From positions 3,962-67,961 of the forward strand of contig DATKNL010000002.1 in assembly GCA_035541435.1 (NCBI GenBank): DNA of 64,000 nucleotides. Reading direction: 5' to 3'. Positions 27,554 through 36,972 of this stretch are shown here, piece by piece. Within the stretch, counting starts at the first letter, position 1; every line of letters begins with the position of its first letter. The notes under the pieces are model-generated. The model did no database searches and was not told where the DNA came from. It saw nothing but the letters and a program-made list of their open reading frames with translations. The translations under genes and the position numbers were made by a program. The stretch comes from Minisyncoccota bacterium (GTDB lineage: Bacteria > Patescibacteriota > Minisyncoccia > UBA6257 > 2-01-FULL-56-20).

Positions 27554-29944
27554 CTATTCCCTCAGCCGCCGATAGATGTCGGCCTCAATCGCATGCCGTT
27601 CCTCACCGTATTTCACGCGGGAATACTCCTTCAGCTTCTCGGCGAATACCTTGTCCCCGCCGTTCCACGAGGTCGTTTCGATGCGGATATTGAAGGGTTT
27701 CGACGTCTGGCCATTGATCAGGATCTTCGCATAGGCGTTCAGGTTGTCGATGTTCAGCAGGTCGTTCTGGTCGAAAACCGGCTCGAACTGCTTCACGAGG
27801 AATTCCGCGTCCTGCACGCCGACGCGGAAGACGAGCTGTGAGCCCACGTTCCCGAAGACCGCGTCCTTGATCTTGTCGGTGAGCTGCGCGATGAACTGGT
27901 GAGCCATCGTGAGGTTGAGGCGGTATTTGCGGGCCTCGGACAAAATGGTCGAGATGGAATCGGTCGTGAAGTTCTGGAACTCGTCGATATAGAGGTTGAA
28001 GTCGCGGCGGCGGTCGGCGTCGGCGATGTCGACGCGCGAAAGCGCGGCCATAAGGATCTTGCCGGTGAAGATCATGCCGAGAAGCCCCGCATTGATGTCG
28101 CCGATGCGTCCTTTCGCCAGGTTGATGAGCAGGATCTTGCCGTCGTCCATCACCTCGCGGAAGCTGAACGCCGACTTCGCCTGGCCGATGATCGGCCGCA
28201 TGTAGTCGTTAGAAATGAAGTTGTTGAACTTCGACGTGATGTAGGGCGTCATGTTGGCGAGCGACGCCTCGCCGCCGGCCTTCACGGCCTCCTTTTCCCA
28301 GAAGTCCGCCACGATCGGATTGCGGATGCGCGCGAGCTTGCGCGTGCGGTACGCGGCGTCGGTGAAGACGCGCGGGACCTCCATGAGCGTCGCGGGCTCG
28401 TTCGCCATGTCCTCCATGAGGAGCAGGAGCGCGTTGCGCATGTACTGCTCGAACATCGGCCCCATCGTCTCGGGCGGGAACAGCTTATTGAAGATGCTCT
28501 GCATCTCGTTCACGATGAACGTCTTCTCTTCGGGACGCTCGTGATTGAAGTCGAGCATGTTGAGGCCGAGCGGGCGCGCGAGGTCGCCGGGGTTGAAATA
28601 GATGACGTCGTCGATGCGTTCGCGCGGCACGAACCCGAGCGCGTTCTCGACGAGGTCGCCGTGCGGATCGATGATCGCGACGCCCTTGCCCGCCCGGATG
28701 TCCTCGATGATCATGTTGCCGAGGAGCGTCGACTTGCCCGTGCCGGTCTGGCCGATCACATAGACGTGCCGCCGGCGGTCGTCGTCGGTGATGAAGACCG
28801 GCTTCGCCTGCCCCCTGAACGAGCTCTCGCCGACCTTCAGGCCCCGCTGCGGCAGGTTGTCGGGCGCGGGCGCCTCCTTCGACTTCAGCCATTTCACGTG
28901 CGGCGTCTCGGTCGACGAGATCGGGAAATGATAGAAGCTCGCGATCTCCTCGGCCGAAAGCGTCATCGCCTCGCCGTCGGCGAACAGGCGGTAGATGAAA
29001 TTGTTGATGCAGGATTTCGGGCTGCGCGGCTTCACCACCTTGAACTCGTTGCGCAACGGGCTGGCGAACTGGTTGAATCCGGCTGCCAGGCCGTCCAGGA
29101 TGTCGTCGGCCTGGAAGGGCGATCCCGCCGAGGCGACCAGCCGCACGTTCACCCTGAAGAGCGGCTTCGAGATCTTCATCTGCAGGGCCTTCACGGCCTC
29201 GTCGTCCACCACGCGGTCCTCCTGCTTCTGCTCCTTGGTCTTGGGGTTGAAGACCTCGACGACATCCGACGCCTCGACGGGAAAACCCTTTCCGAACACC
29301 TTTTTCAGCGATTCACCCTTCTTCAGCAGCTTGATGTAGTCCTGAATCGTCTTCTTGAAGCCGCCGGATGCCGGCGTGACGACCATCTGCAGCGCGGCGC
29401 CTTCGCCGACCTCGTTGATCTTCGAAAATGCGCCGATGATCCCCTCGAACGAGTCGATGCCGAGCTCGGCATAGGTCTTCACCGGCAGCGCGAAATTCTC
29501 TTTCTGCAGCAGGAACGCCGCCGCGGTCGCCCCGTGGACGTTGAAGATGTTGAAGTCGTCCTGCACGAGCTCGACGCTCGCGCCGGTCCACAGTCCCTGG
29601 ATCTGCTTCGCGGCGGTCTCGGCGGCGCGCTTCGGCACGCCGATATAGAAATGGATCTCCTCGCCCACGTGCGGCACGGCCATCTCGAAAACGACCGGCT
29701 GCCTGATCGCCGACAGGCCGCCAAGCAGCTGCTCGAAGTGCGCGAGTTCCGCCTTGAAGTCACCGTGTTCGGCGTTGCCGTTGGACGAAGCAGCGGACGC
29801 TCCGCTGCGCGGGATCTTTATGAGAAAAAGCGATGTCCCGAACGATGCGGCAATGCGCCGCCGCGCGATGGAACGCGCGATGAAATAGACGGCAACGCCG
29901 GCAAGCGTTCCGAGAACGACAGAAAAAAGGACGTACAATCCCAT
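27554..29944 (-). CDS. Membrane-anchored P-loop ATPase, VirD4/TraD-like (type IV coupling protein family)
   Basis: N-terminal TM, Walker A GQTGTGKST, Walker B LYIDEFQNF; true ATG at 29944. Confidence 0.5.
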   Translation of the reverse strand: MGLYVLFSVVLGTLAGVAVYFIARSIARRRIAASFGTSLFLIKIPRSGASAASSNGNAEHGDFKAELAHFEQLLGGLSAIRQPVVFEMAVPHVGEEIHFYIGVPKRAAETAAKQIQGLWTGASVELVQDDFNIFNVHGATAAAFLLQKENFALPVKTYAELGIDSFEGIIGAFSKINEVGEGAALQMVVTPASGGFKKTIQDYIKLLKKGESLKKVFGKGFPVEASDVVEVFNPKTKEQKQEDRVVDDEAVKALQMKISKPLFRVNVRLVASAGSPFQADDILDGLAAGFNQFASPLRNEFKVVKPRSPKSCINNFIYRLFADGEAMTLSAEEIASFYHFPISSTETPHVKWLKSKEAPAPDNLPQRGLKVGESSFRGQAKPVFITDDDRRRHVYVIGQTGTGKSTLLGNMIIEDIRAGKGVAIIDPHGDLVENALGFVPRERIDDVIYFNPGDLARPLGLNMLDFNHERPEEKTFIVNEMQSIFNKLFPPETMGPMFEQYMRNALLLLMEDMANEPATLMEVPRVFTDAAYRTRKLARIRNPIVADFWEKEAVKAGGEASLANMTPYITSKFNNFISNDYMRPIIGQAKSAFSFREVMDDGKILLINLAKGRIGDINAGLLGMIFTGKILMAALSRVDIADADRRRDFNLYIDEFQNFTTDSISTILSEARKYRLNLTMAHQFIAQLTDKIKDAVFGNVGSQLVFRVGVQDAEFLVKQFEPVFDQNDLLNIDNLNAYAKILINGQTSKPFNIRIETTSWNGGDKVFAEKLKEYSRVKYGEERHAIEADIYRRLRE

Positions 29945-29990
29945 CAATTCATTCTATCACAGCGATCCGCCCGCGATCCGGCGCGGTCCG

Positions 29991-30401
29991 CTATTTGACG
30001 ATGCCGCGGCGCTGCAATTCGGGATACAGGCGGCCGGCGAGCGCGTCATGAAACGCGTCCTGGACGAAGTACGGCGACTTGGCCGACTCGTCGAACGCCT
30101 TGCCGATCCCCTGCTTCAGGGCGACATCGATGAGGTATTCGATCTCGAGCTTCGTTTCGGGCGATGCGGCGTCGGCATAGGCAGGCAGCGGTCCCTGCGC
30201 CGTCGGCGCGGCGTTCGCCGGTGCGGCCTGCTGCGGGCGCGGGACGGGGGCAAGCGCGCGGAGCGATTCGCGGATCAGGTCCTGCTCGCTCGCGCTCTGC
30301 ATCTCAGGCGCCTCGCGGTGTTTCTCGATCTCGGCCGCAAGCTGCCGCATGTCGGACTCGAGCGCCTGTTCGAAACTGAACGAATTGGGTGCGTCACTCA
30401 T
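29991..30401 (-). CDS. Hypothetical protein (137 aa)
   Basis: ORF with internal ATG 30401 (MSDAPNSF...). Confidence 0.4.
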   Translation of the reverse strand: MSDAPNSFSFEQALESDMRQLAAEIEKHREAPEMQSASEQDLIRESLRALAPVPRPQQAAPANAAPTAQGPLPAYADAASPETKLEIEYLIDVALKQGIGKAFDESAKSPYFVQDAFHDALAGRLYPELQRRGIVK

Positions 30402-30414
30402 ATATAATAGAGGT

Positions 30415-31899
30415 ATGTCGAAACGGATGCGCGTGGGGCTGGTTGCGGTTGTCCTCATTATAGCAGCCTTCCTGCGGTTCTACCATTTCACCTCGACGCC
30501 GCCCGGCCTGTATCCCGACGAGGCCATGGACGGCAACAATGCCGCCGAGGCTGCGGCCACCGGTCACTTCCAGGTCTTCTATCCCGAAGACAACGGCCGC
30601 GAGGGGCTCTATGTCAACCTGATCGCGCTATTCCTGAAGGCCTGGCCGATCCATGAGCCATGGGTCGTGAGACTACCGGCCGCCGTCGCCGGAACGCTCA
30701 CCGTGCTCGGCCTCTATCTGCTCGCGGCGGAACTCTTCGGTTTCGAAACAGGCCTGCTCGCCGCTTTTCTGCTCGCCACGTCGTTCTGGCACATCGATTT
30801 CTCGCGCGTCGGATTCCGCGCGATTCTCGCGCCGCTCTTTCTCACCTGGTCATTTTATTGGCTGCTGAAAAGTTTCCACAGGCAGCGGCGCGGACGACCC
30901 GCATATGGCTTTGCCGCCCTGGCCGGCATCGCCTATGGCCTCGGCTTCTGTAGCTATATCGCCTATCGGGTGACGCCGCTGCTCTTCCTGCTCTTCATTC
31001 CGTTCTTCGCGCGCCGCGAGGGATTCATGAAAAAGACGGCGGTCTTCATCGTCTGCACGTTCATCGTTGCCGCGCCGCTCGGCTATTATTTCGTCGCTCA
31101 TCCCGCTGACTTCTTCGGCCGCACGTCCGAGATCGCGGTGACGAACGGCGCGAATCCGGCGCGCGACTTCGCCGTCAACCTGGCAAAGACGTTCCTCATG
31201 TTCAACGTCAAGGGCGATGGGAACTGGCGGCACAACATAAGCGGCGCGCCGGAGCTCATCTGGCCCGTCGGCCTGCTTTTTATTCTCGGCATTGGCATCG
31301 CCGCCGCGGCGCTCGCAAGGCGACGGAAAGAACGCGCGGGGACGGAAACCCGCAGCGACAACGAACGCTTCGGCCTCTGGCTCGCCGTCTCATGGCTCAT
31401 CCTCGCGGCGATCCCGGCAGCGGCGTCGAACGAGAGCATCCCGCACGCGCTCCGTTCGATCCTCATGCTCCCGCCCGCCATCATGCTGGCCGCGATCGGC
31501 GGCATCTGGCTCTATCGCCTGCTGTCGACCCACGGCCACCTGCGCGCGGCGCGCGTGATGGGTGCGCTTTTCCTGGTCGCCATGGCGCTCGTCGCCTATT
31601 ATGACTATTTCGTCGTGTGGGGCGAAAACCCGAACGTCGCGGGCGCGTTCAATGAGAATTACGTGGACATCGGCCGGGCGATCAACCGGCTGCCGGCGTC
31701 GACGCCGAAATACGTGATCGTGAGCGCGGGCGACGTCTTCGCGCGCGGCGTTCCCGTCATGGCCGAGACGACGATGTTCATGACCGATTCCTTCACGGCC
31801 GAGGGCCAAGCGGCGAAAAATATTCATTATCTTTTACCGAGCCAAACCGGCTCGATCCCTCCGGGAACGCCATCAAGTTCGGTTTTCAACATCAACTGA
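30415..31899 (+). CDS. GT-C fold glycosyltransferase, PMT/ArnT-like (family 39/83)
   Basis: Polytopic membrane protein, first loop YPDEAMDG motif typical of PMT_2/ArnT; 494 aa. Confidence 0.6.
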   Translation: MSKRMRVGLVAVVLIIAAFLRFYHFTSTPPGLYPDEAMDGNNAAEAAATGHFQVFYPEDNGREGLYVNLIALFLKAWPIHEPWVVRLPAAVAGTLTVLGLYLLAAELFGFETGLLAAFLLATSFWHIDFSRVGFRAILAPLFLTWSFYWLLKSFHRQRRGRPAYGFAALAGIAYGLGFCSYIAYRVTPLLFLLFIPFFARREGFMKKTAVFIVCTFIVAAPLGYYFVAHPADFFGRTSEIAVTNGANPARDFAVNLAKTFLMFNVKGDGNWRHNISGAPELIWPVGLLFILGIGIAAAALARRRKERAGTETRSDNERFGLWLAVSWLILAAIPAAASNESIPHALRSILMLPPAIMLAAIGGIWLYRLLSTHGHLRAARVMGALFLVAMALVAYYDYFVVWGENPNVAGAFNENYVDIGRAINRLPASTPKYVIVSAGDVFARGVPVMAETTMFMTDSFTAEGQAAKNIHYLLPSQTGSIPPGTPSSSVFNIN

Positions 31900-31924
31900 A
31901 TCCCGCATCCCGTATACTGAAGGC

Positions 31925-32890
31925 ATGCCCATCGTCACCCTGATGGTCCTCGCGCCGGTCCTCACGGAACTCGTGACCGGCAGCACGCCGGTCATCGGGC
32001 TCCTCAGTCCCTTTTCGCTCATCCTGCTTTTCATCGGCTATAGCGTGCCGGTTGTCCTGATCCGCGACTATGTCGTGCGGAACCGGATCGGCTTCGCCGG
32101 AACGTTCGCGATCGGCTTCGCCTTCGGCGTCTATAACGAGGGCCTGTTGGCGAAGACGCTTATCATCGCGCACAACCTGCCGATCAAGCAGTTCGACCAG
32201 TACGGCGTGATCGGCGGCGTCAACGTTCCCTGGATGCTCACGATCTGCCTCTATCACGCGCTTGCAGCCGTCTTCCTGCCGATCCTCTTCACCCATGCGC
32301 GCTATCCGGAAGCGGCCGCGCGCCCGTGGCTCGGCAAGAAGCTCGCGATCGGACTCGCGGTCGGGCTTGTCGCGCTTGCGTCGTTCAGCTTCATGAGCTC
32401 CTTCGTGACGCGGGGAACCGGCGGCGAACTCGTGTCGCTCCTCGCCGTCATGGCGCTCTGCGTCATCCTCGCGCGGCGCTCGCATGAGCATCCCTTCGAC
32501 GAACCCGCGCCCGGCGCCGCACCGACCATGAAGGCGTTCTGGCTCGGCATCAGCACCCTGGTCGCCTTCTTCGTTTTGCCGCCGCTCGCCGCAAGCCATG
32601 TTTCGCTGCTCATCTATTTCGCGATCGTCGCCGCGGCCGCCTGGTTCTATGTCCGCCTGCTGCACCGGTCCGTTCCCTTTACCCGCGACAACGTCATCCT
32701 GTTCGGCCTCGGCTTCTATGTCCAGTCGGCGACGTTCGGCGGACTGCTCGGACTTTCGATCGGCAGCATCGACCGCGTCCTCACGGCCGTCGCGCTCGAC
32801 GTCGCGCTCATCTGGGCCGCGCGGCGCGTCGTGCGCAACGCAAAAACGGCGCCTGTCGCGATGACGGCGCCGTCTGGCCCTGCGGCCTGA
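31925..32890 (+). CDS. Hypothetical polytopic membrane protein
   Basis: ~8 predicted TM helices; TATACT-N6-ATG promoter architecture. Confidence 0.5.
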   Translation: MPIVTLMVLAPVLTELVTGSTPVIGLLSPFSLILLFIGYSVPVVLIRDYVVRNRIGFAGTFAIGFAFGVYNEGLLAKTLIIAHNLPIKQFDQYGVIGGVNVPWMLTICLYHALAAVFLPILFTHARYPEAAARPWLGKKLAIGLAVGLVALASFSFMSSFVTRGTGGELVSLLAVMALCVILARRSHEHPFDEPAPGAAPTMKAFWLGISTLVAFFVLPPLAASHVSLLIYFAIVAAAAWFYVRLLHRSVPFTRDNVILFGLGFYVQSATFGGLLGLSIGSIDRVLTAVALDVALIWAARRVVRNAKTAPVAMTAPSGPAA

Positions 32891-32903
32891 TTGGCGAAAA
32901 GGC

Positions 32904-33365
32904 TTATTTGATCTCGACGATCTGATAGGTCGCGCTGCCGGCCGGCGTCGCGACGTTCACGCTCTCGCCGACGCGGCGCTTGAGGAACGCGCGGCCGAGC
33001 GGCGACTCGTCCGAGATGCGGCCGTCCTCGGGCTTCGCCTCGTAAGGGCCGACGATCGTATAGGTCGAGACCTTCTCGCCCTTCTTCACGATCACGGTGG
33101 AACCGACCTGCACCGAATCGGCATGGTCGGCCTTCTCGATGATGGAGGCGTTCTTCACGAGCTCTTCGAGTTCGGCGATGCGCGTCTCGACGTTCGCCTG
33201 CTCCTCGCGGGCTTCGGCGTATTCCGAGTTCTCGGAAAGGTCGCCGTATTCCTTCGCCTGCTTCAGGCGCTGCGCGACTTCGAGGCGGCGCTTGTTCTTG
33301 AGCTCCTCGAGTTCCAGCTTGAACTCCTCGAGGCGTTCCTTCGTGACGTACTGCTTGCTGTTCAT
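32904..33365 (-). CDS. greA: Transcription elongation factor GreA
   Basis: GDLSENSEYAEAREEQ coiled-coil, C-terminal FKBP-like domain. Confidence 0.85.
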   Translation of the reverse strand: MNSKQYVTKERLEEFKLELEELKNKRRLEVAQRLKQAKEYGDLSENSEYAEAREEQANVETRIAELEELVKNASIIEKADHADSVQVGSTVIVKKGEKVSTYTIVGPYEAKPEDGRISDESPLGRAFLKRRVGESVNVATPAGSATYQIVEIK

Positions 33366-33425
33366 GGGTTCTTGGTTATATAAATTCCGGCTTCTTGGCC
33401 GGAACGCGACGTTTTTTCCCTTGTT

Positions 33426-34184
33426 TCAGGCTGGCGGCTGGGACGGGGTCGCCGCGGCAAGCGGATACCCTCCCCTCCACAGCCATAGCCGTATTTTAAT
33501 GAGGTCCCGCAGAAATTGCAAACCGGACGAGAAGCGCACATGGGACCGGGCGTCGTTCGCCCAGCGGACCGGCACCTCTTTGACCGCGAAGCCCATGGCC
33601 CGGGCGAGCGCCAGCGCCTCGACGTCGAACCCCCACCCGACGATCTTCGACTGGTTGAAGACCCGTTCGGCGGCCTCGTCCGTGAACGCTTTGAAGCCGC
33701 ACTGGGTGTCCCAGATGCCGGGCACGAGGAGCGCCTGCACGATGAGGTTGAGGCCCTTGCCCGCAAGCTGGCGGCCGAAGGATTCCGGTGGGTCGAGCCG
33801 CGCGCCCTTCACCGCGCGCGACCCGATGACGACGCCGTAGCCCTGCTTGAAGAGCGGCATCATGGCGTCGAACTGGTCGATCGTCGTCGAGTTGTCGGCG
33901 TCGGCGAAGAGCCGCACCTTGCCGGACGAAAGGAGCATGCCCTGCCGCACCGCGCCGCCCTTGCCCTGGTTGTCCTTGAGGTCGATGAGCTTGAGGTTGC
34001 GCACGATCTTCGTCATGTTGCGCACGACGTCGGCGGTCGCGTCCTTCGAGCCGTCGTTCACGACGACGATCTCATAGGAATAGGGGGCGCCCTCAAGGCG
34101 CCGGTCCATGTCGACGAGGGTCTGCGGGATGCGCTCGGCCTCGTTGTATGCCGGGATGATGATCGAGAGGTACGGCTGCGCCAT
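33426..34184 (-). CDS. GT2 glycosyltransferase, polyprenol-phosphate mannose/glucose synthase-like (DPM1/Ppm1-like)
   Basis: LSIIIPAYNE, VVNDGSKD, DADNS (DXD) motifs. Confidence 0.7.
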   Translation of the reverse strand: MAQPYLSIIIPAYNEAERIPQTLVDMDRRLEGAPYSYEIVVVNDGSKDATADVVRNMTKIVRNLKLIDLKDNQGKGGAVRQGMLLSSGKVRLFADADNSTTIDQFDAMMPLFKQGYGVVIGSRAVKGARLDPPESFGRQLAGKGLNLIVQALLVPGIWDTQCGFKAFTDEAAERVFNQSKIVGWGFDVEALALARAMGFAVKEVPVRWANDARSHVRFSSGLQFLRDLIKIRLWLWRGGYPLAAATPSQPPA

Positions 34185-34210
34185 ATCCCTCAGTATAGCA
34201 GACGGCGGCG

Positions 34211-34969
34211 CTACTTCGTGAGGATGCGCGGTCCCTTCGCGGTGATCGCGACCGTGTGCTCGAAGTGCGCGGCGAGCGACCCGTCGCCCGTGCCATAGCT
34301 CTCGTCGAGCAGCTGGCGGATCGCGCCGCCGCCCATCGCGACCATCGGCTCGATCGCGAGCACCATGCCGGCCTCGAGGTCGTCGCCCTGGCCCCTGCGG
34401 CCCATGTTGAACACGGTCGGGTCGTCGTGCAGGACCTCGCCGATGCCGTGGCCCGTGAGGCCCTCGACGACGGCGAACCCGGCCTTCTCGATCGCCTTCT
34501 GGATCGCATGGCCGATGTCGCCGGTCGTCTTGCCGGGCTTCGCCTCTTTGATGCCGGCGGCGAGCGCGGCCTTGGTCGTTTCGATGAGCTTTGTCGCGCG
34601 CCTGCCGATGTCGCCCACGGCGACCGTGATCGCCGCGTCGAGATAGAGTCCCTGATGTTTGAGCCCGAGGTCGAGCTTCACGAGGTCGCCTTCGCGGATC
34701 TTATAGGCGGACGGCTGCCCGTGCACGACGACGTCGTTCACCGACGCGCAGAGCGTGTAGGGATAGGCCTTCTTCGCGCCGGCGGGACGGTAATGCAGAA
34801 ACGCCGGCTTGGCTCCGGCTTCGACGATCATGGTGCGGGCCAGGCGGTCGAGCTCGATCGTCGCGACGCCCGGTTTCGCCTCGCGTTCAAGCGCCCGCAG
34901 GACGTCCGCGAGGATCGCGCCGCCCTCGGCCATCACCTCGATCTCACGCGCGGTCCTTAACGTGGCCAT
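34211..34969 (-). CDS. map: Methionine aminopeptidase type I
   Basis: Conserved metal ligands in VNDVVVHG, HGIGEVLHDDP. Confidence 0.85.
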   Translation of the reverse strand: MATLRTAREIEVMAEGGAILADVLRALEREAKPGVATIELDRLARTMIVEAGAKPAFLHYRPAGAKKAYPYTLCASVNDVVVHGQPSAYKIREGDLVKLDLGLKHQGLYLDAAITVAVGDIGRRATKLIETTKAALAAGIKEAKPGKTTGDIGHAIQKAIEKAGFAVVEGLTGHGIGEVLHDDPTVFNMGRRGQGDDLEAGMVLAIEPMVAMGGGAIRQLLDESYGTGDGSLAAHFEHTVAITAKGPRILTK

Positions 34970-35624
34970 AAATATGCTCCATCACTTGATACGGCGCCGG
35001 ACGCGCATCGACGCGGTGCAGGTTGTAGCCGTGCTTCTTCACGTAATCGATGATCGGGAACGTCCGTTCCTCGTATTCCTTCAGCCGCACCTTGATCACG
35101 CTCGGCTTGTCGAGGCTGCGTTTATAGAACGATCCCGCGCAGACCGGGCAGTGCTCAGGCTTGCGATGCGGATAGAACCGGGTGAGCAGCAGGTAGCCGC
35201 AGCTTTTGCAGACCATCCGCGCGCCGTTGCGGCGGATCGACTCCGACGGCGGCACCTCGAGCACGAAGACGTTGACCTTCTTCTTGCCGTACAGCTTCTC
35301 GAACAAGGGATAGAGCTTTTTCGCCTCGTACATCGTGCGCGGCGAGCCGCTCAGCACCATCCCCCATCCCGCCTTCGCGATGCGCCGCGCCTCGCGCATC
35401 ACCTCGCCCGTCACGAAGCTCGGCGTCATGAGCTTGCCGCCGTCGAACAGCGCCCGCTCGCGGCGGACGACCTTCTCGTGCTGCCGGTCAGGGTCGTGCA
35501 CGATCGACTCGAGGAACCTGCCGGTGTCGAAATGGATGAGGTCCAGCTTGCTTGCAAGCAGGTTTGCCTGGGTCCCTTTCCCGGCGCCCGGGGGACCATA
35601 GAGGACGACGACGATTTTGCGCAT
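34944..35624 (-). CDS. adk: Adenylate kinase, long form with Zn-finger lid
   Basis: GPPGAGKGTQ P-loop; CKSC...CPVC lid; start at ATG 35624 with TATAAT 6 nt upstream. Confidence 0.85.
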   Translation of the reverse strand: MRKIVVVLYGPPGAGKGTQANLLASKLDLIHFDTGRFLESIVHDPDRQHEKVVRRERALFDGGKLMTPSFVTGEVMREARRIAKAGWGMVLSGSPRTMYEAKKLYPLFEKLYGKKKVNVFVLEVPPSESIRRNGARMVCKSCGYLLLTRFYPHRKPEHCPVCAGSFYKRSLDKPSVIKVRLKEYEERTFPIIDYVKKHGYNLHRVDARPAPYQVMEHIYGHVKDRA

Positions 35625-35652
35625 GATCACATTATAGCGGAAAAATCCCAGG

Positions 35653-35681
35653 TTGAACATTCGCCGGCGAAGGAGTATGAT
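35653..35681 (+). promoter_or_regulatory. Sigma70-like promoter TTGAAC-N17-TATGAT
   Basis: Seen directly; precedes small ORF(s). Confidence 0.45.
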
Positions 35682-35748
35682 GAGGCAGCCATTGAGGAGT
35701 GGCAATGCATGAACAAAGCACGTTTGCTCATGACGGCTGCGACCGAAG

Positions 35749-35958
35749 ATGGCTCATGGCGCTTCTCCGCAATTCCGCATGCAAAACGGAATTGCAAGCT
35801 ATGCCAAAGGCTTAGCTGAAATGCGAAGGGAGCTCGTCTTCCTCCGCACGCATGGATGCATCGTCATTCGGCGCCCGCATGAAATTGTCCGCCTCGAACA
35901 AGAGGCTGCGACACTCAGGCGCGCGTGGATTGGCCCACCGTCCGAAACCGAGCGCTAG
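35749..35958 (+). CDS. Hypothetical small protein (69 aa); alternative 36-aa ORF at 35709-35819 is also possible
   Basis: Lower-GC segment with promoter upstream and terminator right after the stop. Confidence 0.25.
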   Translation: MAHGASPQFRMQNGIASYAKGLAEMRRELVFLRTHGCIVIRRPHEIVRLEQEAATLRRAWIGPPSETER

Positions 35959-35969
35959 GCGCTCATCGC

Positions 35970-36004
35970 CCGGCAGAGGGAACCTCCCCTGCCGGCTTTT
36001 TTTA
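35970..36004 (+). terminator. Rho-independent terminator
   Basis: ccggcagaggg..tcccctgccgg hairpin + cttttttta. Confidence 0.6.
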
Positions 36005-36007
36005 TGC

Positions 36008-36045
36008 AAAAAAAACGGGCGCATCCTGGTTGGGATGCGCCTTTT
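36008..36045. terminator. Bidirectional terminator
   Basis: aaaaaaaac ggcgcatcc tggttg ggatgcgcc tttt. Confidence 0.7.
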
Positions 36046-36054
36046 CCTGAAGGC

Positions 36055-36831
36055 CTATTCGACGGTGACGGTCGTCGTCCGATAGCCGTCATGCTGGGCC
36101 TCGCTGCTCGAAACCCTGCGATAGGGCCCGTACTCGATGCGTGTCGGCTCGCCGTCCGAACCGGGACGCACCGTCACGCTCGGGCGGACCGTCTGGTTGG
36201 ACGGAGCGGCCGGCGACACGGGAGCGGCGGCCGGTGCGGGAACGGGCGTCGGGACGAGACTGGCCGGCTGCGGATCGTCGTAATAATGGCGATGCCTCCG
36301 GAGTAGCCAGGCGATCCCGAGCGCGATCGCAACGACGATAAACAGCAACCCGAGGATCAGCGCGATGAACACGACGAGTCGAAACAAATCCCACGCGAGC
36401 TCGTCGAAAAACCACCATGCCGGATACGAACCATTCGAAGATGCGGCCTGACTGATGACGCGCCCGTTGAAGGTCAGCTGCGGAGGCGGCGTCTCGCTCG
36501 TTGTATGATCGGCGGCGCCCGCCACGGAAGCCAAACGGTTCCCGCAGCTCTCCTTATAGACCGGATCGCCCTTCTCGTCCGCGAGGACGAGCGTTCCGGC
36601 CGGAATCGTCTCAAGGACGAACCGATGGGCGTCCTCATGCCAGTTGAGCATGGTCGTCGTATGCGCGAGCGCCACGGGTCTCAGTCCCCGCGCCGCCATT
36701 TCGGTTACGGTGAGCGGCTTCTTGAGCAAGGGGTATTTCTGTAGGTCGATGCCGTCCGGCATCGCCTCGTACTGACCCATCGCCATGACGCTTACCGCGC
36801 AGAACAGCAGCAGGACTGCGGTCGTTCTCAT
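36055..36831 (-). CDS. Secreted/membrane-anchored hypothetical protein with Pro-rich tail
   Basis: Signal peptide MRTTAVLLLFCAVSVMA; single C-terminal TM (FRLVVFIALILGLLFIVVAIALGIAWLL). Confidence 0.5.
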   Translation of the reverse strand: MRTTAVLLLFCAVSVMAMGQYEAMPDGIDLQKYPLLKKPLTVTEMAARGLRPVALAHTTTMLNWHEDAHRFVLETIPAGTLVLADEKGDPVYKESCGNRLASVAGAADHTTSETPPPQLTFNGRVISQAASSNGSYPAWWFFDELAWDLFRLVVFIALILGLLFIVVAIALGIAWLLRRHRHYYDDPQPASLVPTPVPAPAAAPVSPAAPSNQTVRPSVTVRPGSDGEPTRIEYGPYRRVSSSEAQHDGYRTTTVTVE

Positions 36832-36972
36832 ATCGCTCTCTCCTTCGTTCCCTATGCGGTGAACTGGCTATATTATACTATATATTTATTATTTGTCAAT
36901 ATAAGCCCATTCGCGCACAAAAAAACCGCCATCCTCGGGGAAGGCAGTCTTTATGGGGGCTGCAACCCCTTC

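Noticed and set aside
27899-29998. 699-aa plus-strand ORF
   Set aside because: Antisense to the VirD4-like ATPase gene
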